A DNA stretch of 64,000 nucleotides from Minisyncoccia bacterium (lineage in GTDB: Bacteria > Patescibacteriota > Minisyncoccia > Phycocordibacterales > Phycocordibacteraceae). The DNA is taken from NCBI GenBank assembly GCA_038228545.1, contig JBBRPE010000001.1:46924-110923 (forward strand), in the 5' to 3' direction. The notes below the pieces were generated by a model. It worked only from the letters and a program-made list of their open reading frames with translations. It did not search any database and was not told the DNA's origin. Of this stretch, positions 47,400 to 62,078 are shown one piece after another (the stretch's first letter is position 1; the number at the start of each line of letters is the position of its first letter). Made by a program: the position numbers and the translations under genes.

Positions 47400-47765
47400 C
47401 TAGTTCCTTGGCTTAGTTTTCACCTTCGGTTTCGCGACTTTCGGTTTTTTGGGTTTTGGAAGCGGCACGTTCGCGGCGGTAATACGGACCAATTCAGCTA
47501 GCCACTCGCGGTTATCAATAAGGTCCGCGTCTATTTCCATCGAGGGCTTCGCGCCCTTATAGGCAGTTCCCTCTTTATACGCATCCCCGACAAATTCCTT
47601 CCCTGGCTCCGTAATTTTCATATACAGTGTGTCGTCACACACAAGCGCCACCACCCGCCCATCGGCATAGAGCGCATACTCCCCAAACATCTTCCGCGCG
47701 GCTACTCCTTGAGCTCCACGGAGCTGGTCGAGGATGTATTCAATGGTCTCCGCTCGTGTTGCCAT
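47400..47765 (-). CDS. TfoX/Sxy N-terminal domain protein
   Basis: RKMFGEYALY, LVCDDTLYMK. Confidence 0.9.
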   Translation of the reverse strand: MATRAETIEYILDQLRGAQGVAARKMFGEYALYADGRVVALVCDDTLYMKITEPGKEFVGDAYKEGTAYKGAKPSMEIDADLIDNREWLAELVRITAANVPLPKPKKPKVAKPKVKTKPRN

Positions 47766-47768
47766 ACC

Positions 47769-48749
47769 TTACGCCAGTAGTTGGGTAACGAGTGCGACCA
47801 TTTGGTCTTTCTTCTTCGGATTGCTTTCCGCAATAAGAAGTGTGAGCGCTGTAAGTGATGCCGGGTTTATGTTCCGGCCACCCTTCACTTTTGCCTTACG
47901 TAGAAACCAGACAAAGGCAAAAGCACCCGACCGTTTATTGCCGTCGGTAAATGGATGGTTCTTCACCATGAAATAGAGCAGATGCGCCGCTTTTTCCTCC
48001 GCAGTAGCGTATACGGGTTTCCCGCCAAATGACTGCATGACATTACCGACGATACCTTCGACGTTTCCTTCGCTACGTTCCTGGGCAAAAATATCGGTCG
48101 CTTCGCCCTTGTCGATAAGCTCGCTGCGCAAATGTACGATTGCATCTTTGAGCTCCGTACCCGAAAGCTTAATCGCTTTCTTGCTGGTACCGACTGCTTT
48201 CAGTGTTTCCTTGTCGTACGCATCGAGCGAAATCCACGTGCTAGAAAATTCCTTCACGAGCTCAAGGATACTCTTCGGATCAAGTGCAACATGTTCCGGT
48301 AAGAGTGCCTGGATATCGGCAACTGCCTTCATAAAGGCGTCGTAGTTCTTCCCTACCTGCTTGCGGTTTATCGTATAACCCTTGGTGATATGCTCCCGCA
48401 AGGTCTTAGTCGCCCAGACGCGGAAATTCGTACCAGTTACAGAACTAACTCGATACCCTACAGCAATGAGTACGTCCAGATTATAAAGTTTAACGTTTCT
48501 TGTGACCTGCCTTTTTCCCTCTTTCTGAACTTGTAAGAAATCCTTACAAGTTCCTTTTTGATTCAGCTCCTTATCCTTATAGATATTTCTCAAGTGTTGA
48601 GTGATGTTTTGTGGGGTTACGTCGAACATGGCCGCGATTTCCGCTTGAGTAGCCCACAGAGTTTCATGCGAAAAGTCACCCCGTAGTTCGAGGGCTCCGT
48701 TTTTCGCTTGATATATGACAACGCCCGCTTTCTTACCGTTCGACTTCAT
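47769..48749 (-). CDS. RhuM-like/Fic-Doc domain protein
   Basis: ETLWATQAEIA, YNLDVLIAVGYRV, KNHPFTDGNKRSG. Confidence 0.92.
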   Translation of the reverse strand: MKSNGKKAGVVIYQAKNGALELRGDFSHETLWATQAEIAAMFDVTPQNITQHLRNIYKDKELNQKGTCKDFLQVQKEGKRQVTRNVKLYNLDVLIAVGYRVSSVTGTNFRVWATKTLREHITKGYTINRKQVGKNYDAFMKAVADIQALLPEHVALDPKSILELVKEFSSTWISLDAYDKETLKAVGTSKKAIKLSGTELKDAIVHLRSELIDKGEATDIFAQERSEGNVEGIVGNVMQSFGGKPVYATAEEKAAHLLYFMVKNHPFTDGNKRSGAFAFVWFLRKAKVKGGRNINPASLTALTLLIAESNPKKKDQMVALVTQLLA

Positions 48750-48835
48750 ATTCCATTTTATCACGCAAGCCAGAGACCGTGGACCAAGAGTCTGCAGTCT
48801 CTTTTATATAAAATCGGATCTCACTCCATAACCCG

Positions 48836-49465
48836 TTAGGAGAGATCGACGATAATTTCGTTACGCTTCATATAGGGTGCGGTCCAGGGTGGGTTGTAGC
48901 CCGCGCTTCGCGCGGGCCCGCTCGTAGCGCGATTGTCTCGCTTCAAGAGCGCGAGAAGCTGTGCTTTCTTTGCTTCAACGCGCGCCGAGGTGTTATTCCA
49001 CGAGTAGCGTAGGACAGCGCTCTTGTGAGCAGGCACTTCGACAAATTCTATTTCTTTACTATTCGGCACCGGAAGCGTTTCGAGCGTGTACTCCGCAGGC
49101 ATGATGAACGAGATAACACGCTCGCCTGATGCCGTGAGCGTATCTATGACTGGCGCGGTCATAGCAATAGACTCGGACTTTGCTTGTTCCACCACCGGAG
49201 CGGTCATGGCGATGGACTTCTTCGATACATTTCCTCCGAAAATGTATCCGGCAAGGATACGGAACCCCTTTCCTATCGCTTCGCGATAATCACCCGTTAC
49301 TGTGACTCTCGCTTCAATATACGGTGCGTATTCTCGCACCGTATAACCGTCCTTCTTTTCAAGTACGGTAAATTTAGGTTCCTTCACGCGTGACGACAGC
49401 ACGCTGATAATGGCCCACACAACGAGCACACCCACGACACCAAGCACAAAGAGAATGATTTGCAT
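48836..49465 (-). CDS. SOUL heme-binding protein
   Basis: GFRILAGYIFGGN, IAMTAPV twice, YNPPWT..RNEI. Confidence 0.93.
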   Translation of the reverse strand: MQIILFVLGVVGVLVVWAIISVLSSRVKEPKFTVLEKKDGYTVREYAPYIEARVTVTGDYREAIGKGFRILAGYIFGGNVSKKSIAMTAPVVEQAKSESIAMTAPVIDTLTASGERVISFIMPAEYTLETLPVPNSKEIEFVEVPAHKSAVLRYSWNNTSARVEAKKAQLLALLKRDNRATSGPARSAGYNPPWTAPYMKRNEIIVDLS

Positions 49466-49614
49466 CCTCTCATTCTACCAAATCAAATTTTTTAGAAGTC
49501 GTGACTGACCCATTTTGCGTTTATCGATTTGACTTTCATTATTTATAATGTATTATTAAACAGGACTGCGGTTTTACCCCTGCCGTTAAGTGGGGCTATC
49601 GAAAGGAATTTGTC

Positions 49615-50142
49615 ATGAGCTATGGAGAATACGAAGCTGCCAAGAAGCGGCTTTGGAACGACCTACTCCTCAAAACCTACGGCACGACCGACCTGCGCGA
49701 CCAGGAGCACATGCAGCCCGATCCCGAGGCGCACGCATTCTTCGCAATCGTCGATGCGGCATTCACGCCGTGCGACAAGATGCAGGGCTGCGTTCCCGTC
49801 TCGCGTGAGCTGGTGCAATACTTGGCTGGATGGGCTCGCGACTTCTCTCGAGGCTGGGAGCAGCGCGGCGGCCCATTCGATACGCCTCGTCACAACCACT
49901 TTGTCAGCCGCGCATTCAACGGCTTCTACGAGACTCTGACGAGGGCCGTGAAGCACGGCGAGCTCCGCGACTACGGCCAAGACCGCACCATGTACGGCGG
50001 TCTGACGCTTCCCCAGTGGTTCATCAGCCAATGCATTGATGAGCTCCACGAAGAAGCTCTGCACTGCAACAAGCTGTGGGATGAGAGCGAGAATTGGCAC
50101 GAAACACTTCGCGCGCCCACCTCAACCTCCTTCCTCGAATAA
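49615..50142 (+). CDS. Orphan hypothetical protein
   Basis: TTGACT-17-TATTAT promoter, AAGGA RBS, terminator at 50167-50195. Confidence 0.7.
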   Translation: MSYGEYEAAKKRLWNDLLLKTYGTTDLRDQEHMQPDPEAHAFFAIVDAAFTPCDKMQGCVPVSRELVQYLAGWARDFSRGWEQRGGPFDTPRHNHFVSRAFNGFYETLTRAVKHGELRDYGQDRTMYGGLTLPQWFISQCIDELHEEALHCNKLWDESENWHETLRAPTSTSFLE

Positions 50143-50223
50143 AGTACGCAAGACACACAAGCGTTCACGGCCGCCCCTTCCACAAGGGCGGCCGTTTTGT
50201 TTACTTTTCAGCACTAAGCCCGG

Positions 50224-50330
50224 AAAAGTGCCTTAGATACGAGGCGCGGGAAGAGCGGGGCCTGAGGCGTATATGTGATACGACGAACGGGCCCGCGAGG
50301 GACCCGTAACGACGTAGATGAGGTGCTTTT
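50224..50330 (+). repeat. Structured dispersed element family B, copy 5
   Basis: aaaagtgcctt-AGATAC-GAGGCG-cggg...AGGCGTAT..ATACG...cccg-TAAC-GAC-GTAGAT-gaggtgctttt. Confidence 0.9.
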
Positions 50331-50340
50331 GCAGAAAAAA

Positions 50341-51672
50341 TTAGTAACTCTTGAGTCTTCGTGACTTCTCATGAGTTCTAATTTTTTCGAGGGCTTTCGC
50401 CTCGATTTGGCGAATACGTTCGCGGGTCACTCCAAACTCCTTCCCCACCTCCTCCAACGTATGGTACACACCATCCAAAAGCCCATGACGCATTTCAAGA
50501 ATCTTGCGCTCCTTCGGACTGAGGTCGTCGAGGATGTCGCGAACCTGTTCACCCAAGATGCGCTCGGATGATTCCTGAATTGGCGACGGAATCTTATCGT
50601 CTGCAATAAAGTCACCGAGTGTGGACTTCTCATCGTCATCCGAACCAATAGGGTTCTCGAGTGAGAGTGTGTCCTGATTGATTTTCTCAATCTGGTAAAT
50701 CTTATCTACCTCGACACCCATCTCTACGGCAATTTCTTCCGGCTGTGGATCGCGGCCGAGCGCTTGCGCGAGGCGACGAGATATCTGCTTGTACTTCGCA
50801 ATGGTTTCCACCATGTGCACCGGGATGCGTATGGTGCGGGACTGGTCTGCGAGTGCACGCGTAATAGCCTGGCGAATCCACCACGTAGCGTAGGTTGAGA
50901 ACTTGTAACCCTTCTTCCAATCGAACTTATCAACGGCCTTAAAGAGACCGAGGTTTCCTTCCTGAATGAGGTCGAGGAGCGTGAGGTCAGGACTACGGCC
51001 CACATACTTCTTGGCGATAGAGACCACGAGGCGGAGGTTACTACGTGCAAGAATGTTGCGAGCTTCATCGTCTCCAGCATCAATACGCTTCGCGAGCTCG
51101 CGTTCTTCAGACGCAGTTAGAAGCGGGTACTGGCCTATTTCGCGGAGGTAAATCTGGATGCTGTCGTAACCGGACGACTCACGACCCTTGATGTTGCGGG
51201 TAGCGAGATACTGGTCGGCATTGTCTTCGAGCATGCCGCCTTCGAGGATATCTATACCAGCGACTGAGAAACGCTCGTAGAGCTCGTCGAGGAATGCAAC
51301 GTCGTCTTCGACGGTTGGGAATTCCTTTAGAATTTCGCTGTAGGTAATGTAACCACGGGTCTTTCCCTTCTCGATAAGAAGCTCGGCCTTGTCTGCCTTT
51401 GCTCCGGCCGACTTTGCCTTCGCACCCTTTACGGCAGCACGCACCACGTCCTTAGCGCTTACTTTTTCTTTTGCTTTTGCTACTTTCTTTGGTGCGGCCT
51501 TCTTGGCGACCGGCTTCTTTGCCTTTGCTTTTTTAACTACTTTCTTTGGTGCCTTCACTTTCTTTACCGGCTTCTTTGCGGCCTTAGCAGGCTTCGCCTT
51601 TGCGGCCTTTTTTACCACCTTCTTAGAGGCAGGCTTTTTGACCGTCTTCTTGGGAGATTTCTTGGTGGCCAT
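50341..51672 (-). CDS. rpoD: RNA polymerase primary sigma factor with Lys/Ala-rich N-terminal extension
   Basis: [48 protein letters not shown]. Confidence 0.97.
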   Translation of the reverse strand: MATKKSPKKTVKKPASKKVVKKAAKAKPAKAAKKPVKKVKAPKKVVKKAKAKKPVAKKAAPKKVAKAKEKVSAKDVVRAAVKGAKAKSAGAKADKAELLIEKGKTRGYITYSEILKEFPTVEDDVAFLDELYERFSVAGIDILEGGMLEDNADQYLATRNIKGRESSGYDSIQIYLREIGQYPLLTASEERELAKRIDAGDDEARNILARSNLRLVVSIAKKYVGRSPDLTLLDLIQEGNLGLFKAVDKFDWKKGYKFSTYATWWIRQAITRALADQSRTIRIPVHMVETIAKYKQISRRLAQALGRDPQPEEIAVEMGVEVDKIYQIEKINQDTLSLENPIGSDDDEKSTLGDFIADDKIPSPIQESSERILGEQVRDILDDLSPKERKILEMRHGLLDGVYHTLEEVGKEFGVTRERIRQIEAKALEKIRTHEKSRRLKSY

Positions 51673-51720
51673 AGTACATAGAATTACGAATACTAAATAG
51701 GTGGTGAACGAGTGAAAGTT

Positions 51721-53418
51721 CTACCCGATGGCGGAGAGACGCACGCCGAGTTCGGTGCATTCCTCTATCGCCTTTCCGATTTCTTCTGTGTTTCCGGAAG
51801 CTTCTGCCAATCGCAGGCGCGTAGTCGCCGTGGCAAGCTCGTCCGTAAGCACTATTTTCTCAAACGCATGTAGCAGATCGTCTGCAGCAGTTTCTATAGG
51901 CGACTCCCCATAGGCAAGTCCCGCCTCAAATAGCCAGCGTTCATCCGGTACAAGGTCCGGGAACGGTGCGCCGTTGATGCGATTATACTCAGTTTCTATG
52001 CGCTTCGCAAGGTCACTGTCCGTGTAGGTGGCCCAGACAGCATGCAAGAGCGAAGTGCGATGCTCTCGCGAGGATTGATACTTTCCTGGTATTGATACGC
52101 CGGGAACACGTGCAGAAATTGCATCTATCGCCGGGTTCGACTGACTTCCTGGGCGCGGCATAGACGCGCGCACGGCGTCGGGCGTTGAGCCAAGCGCACG
52201 GGCGACAACCCCGATGAAATGCTCCCGCTCCATAGGACTCTGAACTGCCGCAACAAGCGGCATGACTATCTTCTCTGTGGAAAGCACCATCTGATGTTGC
52301 TCAAGCTTTGCGCCACTGAGGACCGCGAGGAAAAATTCCACGATGGTCTGCGCGTCGGCAACGAGATTGGTGAATGCTTTACTATCTTCCTTGGCCATGT
52401 CGGCCGGGTCTTTGCCAGCAGGCATCTTCACCGCCTTCACCTTCATACCCCCCGCAAGCGCGATGAGTGCAGACTTCTGTGTAGCGGCGAGACCTGCCCT
52501 ATCGCTATCAAGTGCAAACATGAGATTGTCGGCGTAACGCTTCATGAGCGAGAGATGCTCCTTGGAAAGCGCCGTACCGGAAAGAGCGACGGTGTTATTA
52601 AATCCAATCTGATGGAGCAAGAGCAAATCCATCTGACCTTCGACCAAAATAGTGAAGCTGCGCACCCGAATAGCATCCTTTGCCTTATCCATGCCGAAGA
52701 GCACTTCGTGCTTGTGGTAGAGCTCTGTCTCCGGACTATTCAAATACTTGGCAAGGTCGTCTGCAGAGAGAGCGCGACCCGTAAACGCGACGGTGCGTCC
52801 AGCGGAATCACGAATAGGAAACATCAGGCGATTGCGGAAACGGTCATACCACGTGCCCGGCTTCCCTTCTGCTTCCTTAATAAGACCAGCTTCCAAAAGT
52901 TCCTTCTGTGAGAATCCCTCCGCAGTGAGCGCATCGAGAAGCTCACGCCAATTGTCTGGAGCAAACCCTATGTTCCAGTTCTTAATCGTCTCTTTCGTAA
53001 GACCACGAGAGAGTGCGTATTCGTATGCAGGGCTTGCCTCAGTTAGAGTACGCATGTAGAACGCCTCGGCGTGCGACATCGCTTCACGCAATCTATCGAG
53101 CTTGCCTTTGCTCTCGCTCGCCTTCGGGTCGTAGACCAATTCCACACCAGCTTTGTCGGCAAGTATTTTAAGAGCTCCTTTGAAATCCACACCTTCGATA
53201 GTTTCAATAAAGGAGAACATGTCGCCACCCTGCGACGAGGAGAAGCAGTAGTAGCTACCGCGGTCAACGTTCACATAGAACGACGGGGTTTTTTCTTTAT
53301 TGAAGGGAGACAGGCCACGCCAATATTTGCCCGCCTTTGTGAGCTTCACGTAGGGCGAAATCACGTCCACGATGGAGAGTTTCCCTTTTATCTTTTCTAC
53401 CGAATCTCCGCCTGCCAT
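51721..53418 (-). CDS. dnaG: DNA primase
   Basis: EKTPSF, DRFRNRLMFPI, KYLNSPET, VEGQMD, DSDRAG, KDPAD. Confidence 0.96.
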   Translation of the reverse strand: MAGGDSVEKIKGKLSIVDVISPYVKLTKAGKYWRGLSPFNKEKTPSFYVNVDRGSYYCFSSSQGGDMFSFIETIEGVDFKGALKILADKAGVELVYDPKASESKGKLDRLREAMSHAEAFYMRTLTEASPAYEYALSRGLTKETIKNWNIGFAPDNWRELLDALTAEGFSQKELLEAGLIKEAEGKPGTWYDRFRNRLMFPIRDSAGRTVAFTGRALSADDLAKYLNSPETELYHKHEVLFGMDKAKDAIRVRSFTILVEGQMDLLLLHQIGFNNTVALSGTALSKEHLSLMKRYADNLMFALDSDRAGLAATQKSALIALAGGMKVKAVKMPAGKDPADMAKEDSKAFTNLVADAQTIVEFFLAVLSGAKLEQHQMVLSTEKIVMPLVAAVQSPMEREHFIGVVARALGSTPDAVRASMPRPGSQSNPAIDAISARVPGVSIPGKYQSSREHRTSLLHAVWATYTDSDLAKRIETEYNRINGAPFPDLVPDERWLFEAGLAYGESPIETAADDLLHAFEKIVLTDELATATTRLRLAEASGNTEEIGKAIEECTELGVRLSAIG

Positions 53419-53597
53419 GGCTTCATTTTACGACGTATTTAAGATATGTGCTCATGGCACCAAATACGCGCCGCCTCGACTTTCGTCGAGGCGGGTTCGT
53501 CAGGATGACGCTTTAAAGCTTGGGGTCGGTGAGTTGCTGGCGCATCCGCGGATCGAGCGGACGGCCTAGGACTTCTTCGAGCTTGTTGGCGTCCACC

Positions 53598-53852
53598 TCA
53601 GACAGAGGCGGTGCCTCGAGCTTTTAAGCCTTGACGCCGGTAGGACCGGCGTACGGAGACATTACGGCGCCACGCGAGGTTGGCGTTATACCAAGGACGC
53701 ATGAAGCGCGGCAGCATCATGTAGAACAGCATGTCCGTCTCGAGCGCGGACGACCAGGGATTGCGTGGGATGTAGACCCACTGCCACGCCCGGAAGTAGA
53801 ACGAGAGACTGGAACCGATCACGAGACCGATAATGAAGAACAAAATGAGCAT
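53598..53852 (-). CDS. Small orphan membrane protein
   Basis: GGAAGGAGG RBS, N-terminal TM, basic tail. Confidence 0.6.
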   Translation of the reverse strand: MLILFFIIGLVIGSSLSFYFRAWQWVYIPRNPWSSALETDMLFYMMLPRFMRPWYNANLAWRRNVSVRRSYRRQGLKARGTASV

Positions 53853-53880
53853 GGGCAGGGCCCTCCTTCCCCGCTACCAT

Positions 53881-53919
53881 AGCACAAAACCCCGCGCCAG
53901 AGGCGCGGGGTTTTGTGCT
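53881..53919 (-). terminator. Terminator after rpoC
   Basis: agcacaaaaccccgcgcc-aga-ggcgcggggttttgtgct. Confidence 0.8.
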
Positions 53920-53926
53920 TTCTTCG

Positions 53927-54027
53927 AAAGCGGAGCGAGAGTATTCCGAATTGGAAGACTCAAGCGAAGTGCAGTGGAGCGTTAGCGAAACGAAACGGGC
54001 TTCCAATTCGGAAACTCGAGCGCAGCT

Positions 54028-54029
<2 letters not shown>
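53927..54029 (+). repeat. Long imperfect hairpin abutting the rpoC stop (single copy in window)
   Basis: ttccgaattggaag/cttccaattcggaa 14-bp stem with outer aaagc/gcttt. Confidence 0.65.
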
Positions 54030-57789
<3,760 letters not shown>

Positions 57790-57800
57790 AAAGAATTAGA

Positions 57801-60800
57801 TTACGCTTCCGTTTCTATCTCGATGTCGAGAGGCTCGATATCAAGCGCGAGACCACGGATCTGGTTAGTAAGCACCGAGAAGGACGCCGGTGTGCCTGCG
57901 TGAGACACTGGCTCGTTCTTAACGATGGCATCGAAGGTCGCGGAGCGGCCGGTGATGTCGTCTGACTTGATGGTGAGCATCTCGCGGAGCGTATATGCCG
58001 AACCGTAGCCGAGAAGCGCCCACACTTCCATTTCTCCGAAGCGCTGACCGCCGTTCTGCGCCTTACCTCCAAGCGGCTGCTGGGTGATGAGTGAGTACGG
58101 ACCGATAGAGCGCATGTGAATCTTGTCTTCCACCATGTGATGGAGTTTCAAGATGTACATGTAACCAACGGATACGGGCTGTGCAAACGCGGCACCAGTG
58201 TGACCGTCGTAGAGCTGCATCTTGCCCGAGCGAGCAAAGCCTGCGGCTTCGAGCTCGTCGCGGATTTCGTCTGCAGTCGCTCCTGCAAACGGAGGCACGA
58301 TAGCCTGGTAGCCGAGCGTATGCGCAGCAAGACCAAGGTGAAGCTCAAGAATCTGACCAAGGTTCATACGGGACGGGACACCGAGTGGTGTGAGAATCAC
58401 ATCTACCGGATTTCCGTTCTCGTCGTATGGCATGTCTTCAGCTGGAAGCACACGGGAGATAACACCCTTGTTTCCGTGACGGCCGGCGAGCTTGTCACCC
58501 ACCGATACGTTACGAACCTGCGCGACCGTAACAACAATCTTCTTGATGATGCCGGTCTCGAGTTGGTCGCCCTTCTCGCGTGAGAAGACACGAACACCGA
58601 TAACGCGACCGCGCTTGCCTCCTTCCATGCGAAGTGAGGTGTCCTTCACGTCCTTTGCCTTGTCTCCGAAGATGGAACGAAGAAGGCGCTCTTCCGGCGT
58701 CAGCTGGGTCTCACCCTTCGGCGTTACCTTACCGACGAGAATGTCTCCTGGACGAACTTCAGCACCGATGCGCACGACACCTTCCTCATCGAGGTTCTTA
58801 AGGCGGAGCTCACCGACGTTTGGAATGTCGTGGGTCGTCACTTCCGGTCCGAGCTTGGTGTCGCGAACGGCACACTCGAAGTCCTCGATGTGAACGGTAG
58901 TAAATTTGGATTCCTGAACGAGGCGCTCAGAAATGATGATTGCGTCCTCGTAGTTTGCACCGTTCCACGACATGAAGGCGACGCGTACGTTCTGTCCGAG
59001 TGCCATCTGGCCCTGGTCGGAAGACGAAGCGTCAGCGAGGATGTCGCCCTTCTTGACCTTGTCGCCAGTGTTAACTATCGGGCGCTGATTGAATGCTGAG
59101 TTCTGGTTTGTCTGAGTAAGTCCCTGAAGTTTATACTCGTGTGGCTTGTCCTTCGTCCCCTTAACGACAATCTTGCGAGCGTCAGCGTACGTGACTTCAC
59201 CTGATTCAAGAGCGATAACGAGGCGGCCAGTGTTGCGAGCGGCGTGCTCTTCAATGCCGGTTGCAACAAGTGGTGCCTCAGGAATGAGGACCGGTGTTGC
59301 CTGCTTCTGCATGTTTGAACCCATGAGTGCACGGTTGGACTCGTCGTGATCCATGAATGGAATCATTGCGGTTGCAGCGGAGAACATCTGGTAGGTCGAT
59401 GCGTCCATGAGTGTAATCTCCTCACGAGTAACGACCGCAGGCTCACCACCCTTACGGACTTCAATCTGGTCAGGAATGATGTGACCCTTCGCGTCTACGG
59501 GAGTAGCAGCATGCGCAATAGCGTGACCTTCTTCCTCGAGAGCGTTGTAATACTTCACCTCGTCGGTGACAACACCCTTCTTCACGGTTGCGTATGGCGT
59601 CTCGATAACGCCGAACTCGTTCGTGCGCGCATGAAGCGCGAGACGAAGGATAAGTCCGATGTTCTGACCTTCCGGTGTGTGAATTGGGCAGAGGCGACCG
59701 TAATGCGATGGATGTACGTCACGCACTTCGAAGCCGGCGCGTTCACGGGTGAGACCGCCTGGGCCAAGAGCTGAGAGGGTGCGCATGTTCTCAAGCTCAG
59801 CAAGAATGTTCTGCTGGTCCATGAACTGCGAGAGCTGGTTCGCGGTATAGAACTCGCGAACACTAGCCTGGAACGGACGAGGATTCACGAATGCCATTGG
59901 AAGAGCCGTCTCTGATTCAATAGTAGACATGCGGTCCTGGATATTGCGCTTCATGCGCGACATACCAACACGCATACGAGCCTGGAGAAGCTCACCAACG
60001 AAACGAACACGACGGAAGCCGAGGTGGTCGAAGTCGACCGGCTATGCAGTCGGGTCAGTGTTGAGGCGAGCGATTTCTCCGACGATGCGAACGAGGTCCT
60101 CAAGGGTGAGGGTGCGGTCTTTGGCGAGGGTCTTCGGGTCGACAGCAAGACCAAAACGAGCGTTCAGGCGGTGACGTCCAACCTTAGAAAGGTCGTAGCG
60201 CTCTGGGGTGAAGAGTGCGTTTACATAGGACTTCGCGTTGTCTGGAGTTGCGAGGTCACCATCGCGCATGCGGCGGTGAATCTCAACGTATGCGTCGTCA
60301 ACGGAAGCGGCAGTGTCGTGCGCGAGTGTGGTCTCAAGAGCAGCAGTAGCGATGTCGTTACCAATGAACTTCTTAAGAATAGCTTCCTTAGTACCTGCAC
60401 CAAGAATGGTGAGAAGGTTCGTAACTGGGAACTTGCGCTTGCGGTCAATCTTTACGTAGATGGCGCCATCAGCTTCTGAATCGATTTCAATCCAAACACC
60501 GCGTGATGGGATAATCTTTGCGCCGAACATCTGGCGACCCTTCACTTCCTCAGAAATAAAGAATGCACCGAATGAGCGAGCGAGCTGCGGCACGATAGCG
60601 CGCTCAACACCCGACACAATAAATGAGCCGTGTGGGGTCATCATCGGAATGTCTGCAAGGAATATATCCTGTGTCTTCTCCGAGCCCATCGTCTTGTTAA
60701 GAAGCGTAACGGTAGCCTTAAGAGGCGCCTCGTAGGTACGCATGTTTTCGCGAGCCTCTTCTTCGGTACCCTTCGGGTCACCTATTTCGAAACCTTCGAA

Positions 60801-60986
60801 CTTGAGTTCGAACTTCTTGCCGGAATAATCAGGAATCGGCGAGAACTCCTTGAAGAGCTCCATGAGTCCGTCCTTCAGAAGCCAATCAAACGATTCGCGC
60901 TGGTGTCCCACGAGATCGGGGAACTCAACGAGCGGTGCACGGAAAGCTTTGAACGTCTTCTGCACAAGCGTTTTGGTTTTCGACAT
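57801..60986 (-). CDS. rpoB: RNA polymerase beta subunit, interrupted by an in-frame TAG at 60042-60044
   Basis: Two track ORFs are in the same frame, joined by ...DPTA*PVDFDHLGFRRVR...; GDKLAGRHGNKG, GQRFGEME. Confidence 0.95.
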
Positions 60987-61346
60987 GTCGCATCAATATT
61001 TATCGTCCGAAAACAGAGACGGTGGCGGCTGGTTCTACTCGCGTCTTCATCCCACTCCCTCGTATAAGTGTGGGTAAAAACGACAATAGAACCAGTATAT
61101 ACGCCATATGGTCCGTGATAAACACGGACCAACGTCTCTCGTTAATCGAGACGCTGTTAAAATTTTCTACCCTTGTTGTACGCCCTTTTGTGCCCCTTTC
61201 CCCCGTTACACAATCTGTATATTCATAGAATACTCCGACGGTATATGCCTGTCAAACAAATGCGGGGATAAAGAAAAACCCGCCGTCCTCAAGTGAGGAT
61301 GGGCGGGTTCCTGGCCACATTACGGCCTACTTACAGGTGGAGGCAG

Positions 61347-61949
61347 TTAAACGATGATGTCGCCGTTACCGCCGGGTTTCGGGTCGTCCGGACCGGACGC
61401 CTTTTTGTAGAGCGCGATCATCTGCTCGAGAGTCAGTTCCGGTTGATTCTGAGCGAGTGGTGTTCTGTCTGTCGCTTCCACAGCGCGTACGTAGCGCTGC
61501 CCCTCTGATTCCACATAGCGGACTGGATGCCCAGTCGCGGGCTTAGCCAATAAAAAGCGGCCATGTTTGTCGTGACGAATGACATCTTCTCCAAAGAGAC
61601 TTCTTCGAGTCTCAGTTGGGAACGACCCACCGACGGTGATGTTTGCCCTATGGCTGGGCGTACGCCCAACGTGCGGCTTGCGCAGACCAAAGCCAACGAG
61701 CCACACACCCATACCTCCAAGCATGCCGACCCAGGCTGACGTGACGAGTACGGTCATAAAGATATATTCCCAGTACGGGACGTCGAACCACCACGCCACG
61801 ACAGCGACCAGGCCAACGAGCGCCATGAAGGCGACGAGGTGCTCGAGGACCTTGTGTGCGAATCGCCGTCGAAACGAAACAGTGATGAGGAAGTGCAGCG
61901 TGGCAGACAAGGCGCCAACCACAGTCCACCCGAATACCGATTCGGTCAT
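61347..61949 (-). CDS. Orphan membrane protein
   Basis: AGGAG RBS, TTGACT promoter, three TM segments, downstream hairpin near 61277-61309. Confidence 0.65.
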   Translation of the reverse strand: MTESVFGWTVVGALSATLHFLITVSFRRRFAHKVLEHLVAFMALVGLVAVVAWWFDVPYWEYIFMTVLVTSAWVGMLGGMGVWLVGFGLRKPHVGRTPSHRANITVGGSFPTETRRSLFGEDVIRHDKHGRFLLAKPATGHPVRYVESEGQRYVRAVEATDRTPLAQNQPELTLEQMIALYKKASGPDDPKPGGNGDIIV

Positions 61950-62078
61950 GTCTGACTCCTGCCAAAGTGCTACTTCCTGCCAACCAAGAAGTGTAAGCAT
62001 TATTCAATCACTGAAGTAAAGAAAGTCAATTTTTAGACGTTCGAAGGGCCCGGCGTGTATGACGCGCCGGGCCCTCGT

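Noticed and set aside
47400-48749. RhuM-Fic plus TfoX-N as a toxin-antitoxin pair
   Set aside because: Both families commonly occur alone, and adjacency is the only support.
60042-60044. Genome-wide TAG reassignment
   Set aside because: TAG is the normal stop of many intact genes here (nrdA, dnaG, HAD, PaaX-like), and neighbouring codons are also corrupted.
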